Positions 53,001 through 64,000 of a stretch of 64,000 nt of DNA are shown piece by piece. Numbering within the stretch: the first letter of the stretch is position 1; the number at the start of each line of letters is the position of its first letter. Origin of the DNA: Trichoplax sp. H2. Its lineage: Eukaryota. A model generated the notes under the pieces. It had not been told where the DNA came from, searched no databases, and saw only the letters and a program-made list of their open reading frames with translations. The stretch lies in the NCBI GenBank assembly GCA_003344405.1, contig NOWV01000258.1, positions 1 to 64,000 on the forward strand, given 5' to 3'. A program made the position numbers and the translations under genes.

Positions 53001-56000
53001 GATGTAGCATCGATAGAGTAAGGAGCATCAAAGAAATCATTGCGAAGTAATTCTTGTAGTTGATCCTTCAGACGGAGTTCGCAATCTTTCAAGTCGACAA
53101 GTTTACTTTCGATTTGTGGATGGAGATTTTTCTTGCTGTCATCTTTGGAAGTTTCAGTTGGATCTTGTTGTGTTCCTGTGCTGGTTGCGTACTGATAGTA
53201 GGCAAACTGCAATGATAGGCAAGGTATTAAAAACCAACTATCATCTATTCAAGTTAAGGATTGATTTCGCTTACCTTGAGAGAATCTTCTAAGTTTTGAA
53301 TCTGGCTGATTAAGTCTCCCTCAATAGCTTCTAATTCATGGATTCTATTAATCAGTGTAGTGACTCTTTCTGGATCATCTAATCCTTGTAAGTTACTCTC
53401 TTGAGTTAAATAGGCGAGTTCTGCACGTAGAGAATTCTCCGATGCTTTCAATTCATGAAGGTGTTGATCTGCATCTGCTGCTGCAATATGTATCTCCGTA
53501 TCGGAGTCGATAGGCCCATAAGCCTGGTCGGTAATAGAATTTTTGCCAGATTTATCGCTGCTACTTGAAGTATTATTTTGGAAAAAGGCAAACTGTTTGC
53601 CGCCAAGAATAGAAATATTAGTTTCTACTTATCGCTAAAGTAGAATTAAACTTATAGCAACTAATCAACTTGTAAGTAAAATAATAGCAGTAATATTAAT
53701 TTGTACTTATAGTCGAAGTAGAATCAACATACTGTAGCATCAATAGTAATATTAGCTTATACTTATACAGCTAAAGTAGAATCAGCTTACTCCAACTATT
53801 CAACTAGTGAGCAAAGTAATAACAGTAATAATAATTTATACTTATAGTTGAAGTAGAAGTAACTTATTACAGTAATAACAGCAACATTACTTTATATCTA
53901 GAGCAGCAGTAGAGTCAACATACTCCAACTATTCAACTGTTAGGTAAAGTAATAGCGCAATATTAGTTTATACTTATAGATGAAGTAGAATTAACTTACT
54001 GTAGTAGTAATAGTAATATTAGTTTATACTTAGAGCCAAAGTAGAATCAACTTTCTCCAACTACTCAACTAATGAGTAAAGAAGTAACAGCAATATTAAT
54101 TTATACCTAGAGCTGAAGTAACTACTGTAACTATTCAGCTAACGAGTAAAGTAATAACAATGATATTAGTTTATACTTATAACTAAAGTAGAATCAATTT
54201 ACTGTAACTAGTCAAATAGTCAGTAAATGAATTTACCTTGAGTGATTCTTCCAAGTGCTTATTAACATCTTCCAGTTCAGCAATTTTCGACTCATATTCC
54301 TGTGTTAAGCGTTTATAATCTTCAATAGCTGATTGTTCATTCTTATAGCGAATACTGTCATGTAGTTCAGCTTCGAAATCGTCATCTATATCTTCAGTGG
54401 AAATAATTTCTCCCGTTGAGACTTCGGATGCTTTTTCCAATTCCTGGAACTACATAGATGATGACAAAATAAAATAAAATGAATTTCTTTACTATCATTT
54501 CGATATCATCAAATTGCCAAGTTATCTTTGATAATAATTAACTACAAAAAAGAAATATTCAATTTGTGGAACATTATTGCAATAGCCTGGATAACCATTT
54601 TTTTACTAATGATTAACTAACAACAAGATACAAGAAATGATCCACTGGAATATTATTCCAATACCCTAAATAATCATTTTCCTATAGTCAATTAAAATAA
54701 CCTGAATAGTCTCTTTTAAATCATCCACTTCTTCGTGAAGTGTACTTTTATTTCGTTGCAGTTCATCAATTCGATGTGCTAAGGATGCAACCAATTCATC
54801 GTCCTGTCTACGTTGATTTTTTTCAGTCAAGAGCAATTTCAATTGCTCATTAAGGTTAGCATTGATGTCTTCAAGTTTCTGTAAACGCTGCAATAGAAAA
54901 GATTTCTCGTCAGTCAACACAACGAAAAGAGAACTTTATTGTTTATTTTTTTACTTAACGATAACAAGGGCAATAATGTATAAATGATCAAACAAATAGA
55001 ATGATGATGATGGTAAATCCTACCTCTAGCAGCTTTTCACGTTCTTCAGGAACAGCAGGAGCAGCTTTTGCTTCATCCGCAGATCCTCCTAGCATTTCCA
55101 TAGCTCGATCAGGTACGATAATATCTTCTACAACAGGAGACTCCTTGAATATGAAAAACACAATAATTAAAAATCATCCTTAAAGACACCTAAATACTCC
55201 ATGATAGTCATTAATCCTTTTAAAATAACCTTCGTTTTATTTATAAGCTCAAAATTACCTTGTTTAGTTTCCTTTCTAGTTCTTGTATTTTAGCTTTAAG
55301 TACCGCTTCTGATACTTCTAAAACTTGTAGACGTTCCTTTAGAGATTGGACATTCTCTTGATCGAAATTTTTTTCTTCTAGTTTATTAAGACGGGCGCGT
55401 AAGACAGTAATAATCGCTACATTCTGTATATTTTCATCACGCAAAGCTTCAAGTTTTTCTTTTAAGGCAATTTCATTCGGGGATGGATATTCCGGCTGCT
55501 GTGGAGTTTGTGTATCGATAGATTCTTGAGTAAGTTTCTCCAAATCAATTTGGCCCTAATGTATAGAATAAAAGCAACATTAGCTATAGTATAACTAGGC
55601 AAAACTCAAAAGCACAAGAGTTAGGCTTTTAAACGACATGATTTATTTTTAGAATAGCAAACATTGACTGTAAACTACTCACACTATTTCAAGATATTAA
55701 CTCTGTTGAAAGGACCAACGTTTAAAAATAAAGGACAACGAACGATCGTTTTTAAATATTTTTATGCTACCGATCGATATGTTAAAGCTATGAAACGTTG
55801 AATGAATTCATGAATATTAGTAAAAGTAATTGCATTTTTTAAAGCCAGATTTAAACTGTCAATTAATGCAACTGTAAAACGATATCTTATATAGCCTTCG
55901 GCTACTTTTTCACTTAAACCATATGGTTGAATGACGAAAGCATATGTGTAATATATTTATATTTAGAAAGATGATAAAGGAAATCAATCATCTCGGAAAA

Positions 56001-59000
56001 CTCCCCAATCTATTCATACATCGCCAAAATTTGCCGGCAAAGATTAGGTAATGATCATGTTTTCTATGAGCTAATGAGCATGCATACAGCTTATACTAGA
56101 CTTAAATATAAGCGAAATATAAACTCATGGTAATAAAGTATTACTGAATTGGTCTGGATCAGGATATAAAATGATAAGAGATCTTTATATTTAAACGAAA
56201 TTTTAAGGTGGGATATTTACAACTGCATGGATCACTATTGGGCATTAGAACGTATATAAAATGCAAGATTCTGATAATAAAGTATTTTCAAATTCATCGA
56301 TATGGAGAAGCAAAATGATAAATAGAATATAGCTGGATACCACTACGCAGATCGCAATATGCGTATGGCATTAGGATGTAAAATCCAGGTAATTAAGTGT
56401 GGCATATTGCATTAAAATGTAAGTGGAATACAAAGCTTAGATAATAAAGTGCAGCTCATTTTGCCTCTATCGAGATGCAAAGCAATAAGCAATTTTCGAT
56501 TACGAGAGGACATTGCTATACCAACTGAAAGCAGTCTTTGCCATAAAGTATGTGGTATAATAACGGCTGATTATTAACTGATATTAAATGCTATTTCACG
56601 AAGAGATAGAATTGCATAGACAGGATAACTGAATTGCACGTGTAATTTAGTTATAATGGAAGAAATTAAAATAGCTTGCGCGCCATTGTAGGAAGATATA
56701 TGCATATTGCTATGCTTAACATTAAAATTCAATATTAAAGTCGGCAGCATTAGATAGCCAAAGATTAAATCGATGATAAAGAAAGTAGACTACAGATATT
56801 AATGGATTCTATTCACTCCCACGTAAGAGCAATTTGCGAATGAAATCAACTAATTTATTTACCGGTTGATCTTCGGAAGTAAGATCGACTTGCTGACTAC
56901 CATCCACAACTTGATCATGATCCGATGTAAAGTCAGATGCTTCTTTTTCACTAGCTAATTGATAATAGGTAAACTAGAAGAAACAAAAGATATAAATCAC
57001 AAGCCATCGTTATTTCAACTTGTCGATGGTTTTGCAAATGGTAAGATAGTCCAGCTTTCATGACAAAATCTGTTCTGTATAAGCATAACTTTATTGAAGT
57101 AGTTAAGCATCACAATACTATCTAACTCATCGCTATATCAAGAATTTGCATCTTATGCGAGTATGTAATACCTCTAATTATATCTATCAATCTACACAAA
57201 TCATGCTAAGCTACAGTGCTGCATCTTAATATGACGGTAACTTTATTATAATCGACTTTAATAACATTATTCTCTATATAAATATAAATTCATTTGCCAA
57301 TTTACCTTGACAGATTCTTCCACTGAAGATAGCTCATTTTTCAATGTAGCTTCCTTCGTTTCTAATTCTTCGATACGCTTATTTAAATTAGAAATAATGG
57401 ATTGATCTTGTTGTAGATGAGCATTTTGTGACATGAGCTCTTCAACAGTGGTATTTAATATCTTGCGACGACCGTCCAATTCGGATAATTTAGTAAATAA
57501 TTGTTGTTTATCCACATCTAATTCTCGTAGGTCACTGGATAAGCGATTTTTGTCCTCTTTTAATTGATCTAATTCCACCGTAGCATGGACAAGCTCTTCT
57601 TCTCGAATATTTAAGGCTTGCTCGAGCTCGTCGATTCGTTGCTTGTGATCTGCTAATATCTGAGCTAGTGATTTGTTTTCACCGATGGCATTTTGTAATT
57701 TTTCTTCCATCTCTTGGCTTGCATTTGTCTGCTCTGTGGTAAAAGCTTCTTGAGCTGTATTGCGAGCTAAGGTATCTGCTAATGTTGATTGTAGACGATC
57801 TATTTCAGCATTCTTCCCATTCATTTCATCCACAAGTTGCTGATATTGATTATCTTTCTTTCCAATCTGATCACTAGTCTGTTGAGCATCATCTTCCAAT
57901 TCTCGAATGCGATCTTTTAACCCTAATTCAGTATTTTGTAAGAGAGCTATTTCAGCATCAAGTTTCCCTTGTGCTTCTATAAGTTGGTTCACTTTATTAT
58001 CATAAGTATTATTTTCATCTCGTAATGATGCAATATCTTGATGATAAGTTTCAAGTTGTTCATTTTTCTGCTGCAATTCAGCTTGTAGAGATTGCAATTT
58101 TTCTTGATTAGTAATCATCAATTGTTGCTTTTCATCATCACTACTCCGCGATTGTGATAAAACAGTGGATAGTGCTTCTTTTTCATTTTCCAATTCTTCC
58201 AATTGGCGATTTAATTGATTGACTTGCTCAATCTTTTCTTGCAAGCTATCCTTAATTTTATTGGTAGCCTCATTTTCTTCTAATAGTAGTAGTTGTTGAC
58301 GTTGGATTTCCTCATTTAACTCATCAATTTTATCATGAAGATTTTCATTTTCTTCCTCTATTTCACCTATTTTATCGTCTAATTCACTTTGTAAAGTTGT
58401 GTATTCTTCCACTTTTGCCTTTAACATTTCATTTTCAATCTTAATAGAATCAAGAGTAAAAGACAGATTGGTTACTTCTTCAACTTTAGCTGCTAATTGA
58501 GCGAGTAGTTCATCATTCTTCGTCTTCATTGATTCCGCTAATGAAGTTTGATTAGCTAATTCATCTGCTTTAGAACTTAATCCTGTACTAAGCTCTTGTT
58601 TTTCAGCATGGATAGAATCCATTAAGGATGATTGATCCGCTAATTCATTGACTTTGGAGGCTAATTTTTCTTGTAATTCATTGATTTCTTCAGATTGAAT
58701 TGCTAACTTTTCCACATAAGATTGATTTTCCTGCTTGAGTACATCTAGTACATCATTACTTTGATCGGATGCTGCAGCAGTAAGAGCTATTTCTTCAGCT
58801 TTAGCAGAAAGTTGTTTATTCTCTTGCATCAATAATTGTATTTCATCATTCTTAGTGCTAATATCATTCTCTAGCTGTTCAATAAATTCACGATCTTCCT
58901 CCGATGTCTTTGTCATTTCATTGACTTCTTCTGTTAATTCATTTACTTTTCCTAGCAATTGTTGCTCTGAATTTTCTAAATCTTGTATCTTATCGTTATA

Positions 59001-62000
59001 TTGCATTTCTTTATTGGTCATGTCTTCTACTACAGCAGTTAATCTTTCCTTTTCATTTTGAAGATTATCCACTTCTTGACTATCAGGTTGATCACCCTTA
59101 GCTTGCAATTGTTCAGTCAATTTTTCAATCTGATCATTTTTCGATTGTATATCCGATTGTAGATTAGTAATATCATCTTGGACGTCTTGGTAAGATTCTT
59201 GAATTGCAGTAATTTTATTTTGCAAATCTATTTCAGCTTGAGTTAACCCATCTAGCTCGGTAGTTAACTCAGCATTTTTTAAAAGTACTTGTTCTAGGCT
59301 TCCTTTTAATTCAGTATTTTCTTCTTTCAACTGTTCATAACTATCAATTAATGTCAGCATTTGTTCATCCTTGGATTGAATATCAGCCTTAAGGTCTTCA
59401 TTTTCTTTAATAATTTCCTGCAAAGCTTTAGCATAAGTTTCATTATCTTCCAAAACTTGGCTTAAATGTTGCTTCAATTCATCGCTATTCTCATCCGATT
59501 GACTTTGATCACTTCCAAAGCTAGAACCTTTACCTTTCTCTTTCTCATGTAATTGATCTACCAACTCTTGTATTCGTTCTTTCAACAATTTTTCAGATTC
59601 TTCAAGATTTGCAATTCGAATTAAATTTTCTGATTCATTCCTTAATGCAGCAAATTCTTCCTCAATTGTTTTCATATCAGCGGTAGCTTTAGCTAATTCT
59701 TCATCTTTCTTTTGCAAAGTAAGCTCTAATTCTTGCAATTTAAGTAATAATTGTTCATTGAGTTCAGTATGATTTTCTTGATCATCACTAGAGAATCCAG
59801 TTGCTGATGAAACACTGCGATATTGCTCGATTAATTCGGCAAGATGTTGATCTTTAGCTTCTAATTCTTCCTTCAATGATTCAATTTCATCACGCTGATG
59901 AGAAACTACTTCAAAGATACGAGCATATTCATCGATTAAAGCTTGGACGCGCTCGCTTAATTTAGAATCGACAGTAGCATCATGGCTGAGAAGCTCTTCA
60001 ATAGCAGTCATATCCTCTAATTTAGCAACTAATCGAGAATATTCTTCAGTGATCGCTTCATAATGTTGCTTTAATTGGCTACATTCTTCTTCTTTAGTCG
60101 CTAAAGTCGATTCTAGTTCCAGTTTACGCTCACTTTCACTGGTTAATGCATCTCGTAGTTGTTCATTTTGTAGCAATAATTCATCATATTGCTCTTGAGT
60201 AACATCGGCAACATTGGGTGGTGATGGAGGAGCTTCTACTGTCTGCAATATCGTCGGTATAACTTTCTCTTCGATCACCATTTTACGTGGAGTACTACGG
60301 GATGATTCTTCACTTAGGCTACGATCACGAGGGGACAACTCGGCTGATGTTGGCTCGCTCTTTAATTTTCGTAGTGTAGCAAGTTTCTCTTCCAGTTCTG
60401 ATTTACAACTTTCTAATTCATTTAATTGCCGACCCATTTCTGCGATAACGATGGATAATTCATCAATTTTCTCATGCAGTTGTTGAATTTCCTTCAATAG
60501 CGATTGCTTCTCTATTTCTCGTTTGTTGATATCTTTCTCTTTCTTAGCAATTTCAGATTGGAGTTTATCTGTGCTTTCTTTTTCTTCATCGTAGAGCTTC
60601 TGTAGGTTATCTTTTTCTGATTCATTATTATTATATTGCATGAATGATAGCTGGAATGGTAGAAATGGATGTTAGCAACATAGACGAGAATTAGAATATA
60701 ATGAAGTACAGATAGAAGCAAATTTTCTGCCCTTCTTATTCATTAGTGCATAGTGTAATGCCTACAATTAGCATCCTTGAAAGCGATATTTTTTCGAGCT
60801 CAATTACACTACTGTACTGATCAATAATATCATAAAGTAAATGAAATGTTGTAACTATCAATGAAGGCAAAATCTTCTCATAATGAATTGAATCATTAGT
60901 GCATGTATCTGACCTTATATTACAATTACAAAAAATTTGTTTGTAAAGTAACTAGAAAATCTCTACGAATATCCTGCATATTTTGGTGGGTAAAGCGTCT
61001 ATATTTCCTTTAATATCCTATTTATCTAGCCTCATTTAGTTATTCCCCAAATTTTGCTATTAAAGAAATTGAGAAAAAATCTCGACTAATTAGTCTCGCA
61101 TTTTGTCGGGTAAGGTGTCTACATTTCCTTCAGTATCCTACTCATTTAGCCTCACTGAACATTTCCGCAAAATTCTACTCATCAAATAACTAGAAAAAAT
61201 CTCGACTATGTAGAATAGAATGAGGAAGGAGATTGTGCAAAGCCAAGTTATATTTTCTACGGTAATGAATGATTAAGAAACCGCGACTGTCCTATCAATT
61301 TTCTTACCTCTTGCACAACTGAAATAGAATCCTCCATTTCCTTATATTTCCTCTTCCAATTTTCATCTGATTTCAATAAATCATCCATTTGTTGTTGGAG
61401 TACTTCCGCTTGAGCTGCTTTCTCAGTTTTCTTCTCAATTTCATCATTTAATGCAGCTACCGTTTTAAGCAAATGTTCTTGCGATTCTTGCAATGATTGC
61501 ACTTTCTGCATCAATTCTTCACTGCCTTCATCAAAGGATGGTAATTTATCATAGCGACTTGCTAATCTTTCATATTTCATGGCTGTTATTTCATTGAGGA
61601 GACTATCGACATGCTGCTTTAAATCAGCAATCATCGTATCAGGTGCACTTTCAAATTGTTCAATATAAGCTTCCATTTCGCTCATATGGCGATTTTGCTC
61701 AATTAAACACTCTTCTAATTCTTCAATCTTTTGCTGCGATTGGGCCAATTTAGCATTATGTAGATCCATTAATGAATTGTCATTATCCAATGATTCTTGA
61801 TGATCTTTAGCAATTTCAAGCTGTTGTAAACGATGTTCGAGCTCTTCAATGTGATCTTTTGATTCCACTAAATGATGGATATGCCCTTTGGAGGTAAATT
61901 GATCCAATTTACTATTTAATTCTGTATTGGTTTTTTCCAACTCTTCAATTCGATGGCTTAACACTTCAATAACTTTATTGCTTGCTGCAGCACTTTCTTG

Positions 62001-64000
62001 ATCACTTTCAGTCACGATTAAGCTTTCATCACTTTCATTTTCTAATTCTCTCATATGCTTGGTGACAATATCAATGACAGTAGCGCTATCTTCAATAAAC
62101 GAATCGCGATTACGTTTCTCTACTTCATCTTCATCACCACTTGTTTTAACACTTTCTTGCGCTTGATTTAATACTTTAATGGCATCAGCACTTTCTTGTA
62201 GTAGAGATTCACGTCGAAATCGAACATCATCATTGTGCTCTTTTCCAGGAGCAGGACTACTCTTACGGCTCTCACTACTAAAACTGGTTGCTGAATCTTT
62301 CTCTTTTAACATTTTCTCTAAATCTGAAATTCTTATGGATTGACTGGTAATAATTTCAGTTTGATCGGTTAATTCAGTCTCTTGTTTAGTAACTATGGAC
62401 TCAATTTGTTCTTCAACAGCAAAGATACGCTGATTAGATTGCAATAATTGCTTAACTTGAACTTGTTGTGTTGCTTTTAACTCTTCTAATTCGCGTTCTA
62501 GTTGGAAAGATCGCTCTTGTGATACTCGCAATTTATCAACTAATGGCTCAGTTTCCGATTTATCCACATAGACATAATCCTGTACTTCTCGAGTATCAAT
62601 GTTGTCCCCTTTGTTTTCCACTTTATTGCTAGCAATTAGCGATAGCTTTTCTTCCAGTAAATCTACTTTCTCTTGTAGCTCATGTAATTTTTTAGTACGA
62701 TAGCGTAAAAGTAACGAATCGCGATCATAAGCTAAATCACCAAGAGGTGGAAATTCTTGTCCATCTTGTTTCTTTTCGTCTTCCTGCGTATCGTTATCTT
62801 TGCCTTTAGCTAATATGGATTGTAATTCATCTAATCGAGCTTGAGCGAACTCTAAATCATCTCGTGCTTGGGTTAATTTTTTCGTTAATTTGGTATTCTG
62901 GCTATGCAAATGATTGGTTTTCTGTGTTGAATCATTTAATGTTCTATAGCATTCTTCTAAGACAGCAAAAAGGGAATTATCATTTGGCGATGAAACTGCA
63001 CTTAATTGCTCTAATTGGTGTATTAGACTGTCATTTTTATGGCGCAACTCTTTCAATTGTTGATTTAATTTCCTTGTCTCTGAAGTACTTTGCTCTTTCT
63101 CCATCTGAGCAATCTTTCTAGTTGCATCTTGCAAAGCACGCGTTCGCTCTTTCAGTAATTGGACAGCACCGCTTAAATCACTGCGTATAAAATGCTTGGA
63201 ATCGCGCAAATCTTGCTCCAATCCAGCTTTAGAATATACCAAATTATCGATCGTTTTGGAGGCATCTTCTAATTCACGATTTTTCTCATCTAATTGTAGT
63301 TTATAAAATGATTTACTATCTAATTTAGATAAGCTATCTTGGCTTTCCGAAATGGAGGTATCTTCATCACGGCTTGTTTCCTCAGCTAAACTTGCTTCTA
63401 GATTTTTCACTTTACGCTCAAGTAATTGTATCTTGTCGTTAGCATGCCTCAATGCTTTAGTACGGTCTCTCAAGATACGATTGGAAACGATGTCAGAATC
63501 GGATGATTTCCTCGATGCAGTTGGTGATAGATCTAATTCATCGTCGGATCCTCCAATCATTTCCTTAAATCTTCCATTTAACTCATTTAAGCGTTTACGT
63601 AATTCTTCTACTTGCATTTCAAGCAATGTTTTCTTATAGTTTAATTCATCCAAGCGACTAGCATCAAATTGCGATTTTGCACGTAATTCGGCATTTTCTT
63701 TCTGATAATGCATTAATTCTTTATTCTTTTCATACATGACTGCCTCTTGTAGATTGTGCTCGCGATCAAGTTGTTCATTTAATTTTTTCAATTGCTGTTC
63801 AATTTTTTTCGATTTATCCTCGTGAGAGTGATGAGATAAAGCAGGCGAACTACCACCTGATCTTCTCTGCAAAGGCAAGGATGAAAAATATTTTTAAAAT
63901 AAAATCGTGCCGACTTTCTAGCATCTCTAGATCTATGCAATTATCCTCGTATCAATCTCTCTCTTTCTTTGAGTAGAATCTTACCTTTCTTTCGTCGCGT
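44010..64000 (-). CDS. Giant coiled-coil protein with C-terminal SH3-FN3-SH3-SH3 module (RIM-binding-protein-like), 5' end outside the window
   Basis: Exons in transcript order, all GT-AG and in frame: ..63985, 63866-61308, 60650-57306, 56973-56863, 55555-55259, 55143-55024, 54887-54702, 54449-54237, 53592-53275, 53206-52919, 52829-52593, 52491-52380, 52156-48282, 48194-48069, 47933-47379, 47264-46788, 46665-46486, 45937-44232, 44094-44010. Total ~14.8 kb. SH3 motifs ALFDYDP..ELPIRQGDRIYVYGD..GYIPSTFL, IAQYDY..GLIPRDFI, IALKDYTP..GSVPANYL. FN3 motif ILLGWNKP..NGHKVIGYKVKVNG. The domain call is firm, while single-gene continuity is inferred from splice phases. Confidence 0.85.
46003..46355. 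repeat. Intronic degenerate ~60-bp tandem repeat (~6 copies)
   Basis: TTTGGC.TTTATA..ATAT.TTCAT.TAGACTAGTTA.AGA.AGC recurs at ~60-bp spacing. Confidence 0.85.
48738..48906 (-). repeat. 54-bp (18-aa) coding repeat, E(V/A)ExQTL x4
   Basis: VAEVEYQTLHQPDRIEAMVEVECQTLDKPDKMEATIEAECQTLDPPTKIEAEAQTLP within the 3.9-kb exon. Confidence 0.85.
52195..52345. repeat. Intronic low-complexity (A)GCAA-rich tract
   Basis: AGCAA/GCAAG/GCAAA units repeated about 20 times inside intron 52157-52379. Confidence 0.75.
53620..54205. repeat. Intronic degenerate tandem repeat (~55-70 bp, ~9-10 copies)
   Basis: AATATTAGTTTATACTTA.AG..(A/G)AAGTAGAAT.AACTTACT recurs with alternating short and long linkers. Confidence 0.87.
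60950..61210. repeat. Intronic diverged duplication (~120-bp period)
   Basis: ATTTTG..GGGTAA.G.GTCTA.ATTTCCTT.A.TATCCTA.T.AT.TAGCCTCA at ~60980 and ~61100. AGAAAAAATCTCGACTA at ~61072 and ~61192. Confidence 0.8.

Overview
AT-rich eukaryotic (animal) genomic DNA with many short GT-AG introns. The compact, intron-dense style suggests an early-branching invertebrate such as a placozoan, but that is inference only. Genes reconstructed by hand-splicing: TMEM129 E3 ligase (+, 3938-6343), a sideroflexin (-, 6935-9217), exocyst EXOC4/Sec8 (+, 14770-21589), two divergent single-exon paralogues of an unrecognised N-acylated helical protein (+, 26102-26722 and 35052-35921), and a giant gene (-, 44010 to beyond 64000, at least ~4,930 codons). 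The giant gene is mostly coiled coil and ends in an SH3-FN3-SH3-SH3 RIM-binding-protein-like module. The most unusual non-coding feature is a pair of arrays directly upstream of TMEM129 and EXOC4. In them, conserved blocks alternate with variable, often perfectly palindromic TACAG/CTGTA inserts, and one hairpin shows an inverted loop and arm changes that co-vary between copies. A 112/107-bp satellite with a higher-order dimer and several decayed tandem repeats are also present. No rRNA, convincing tRNA, CRISPR array or intact transposon was seen.
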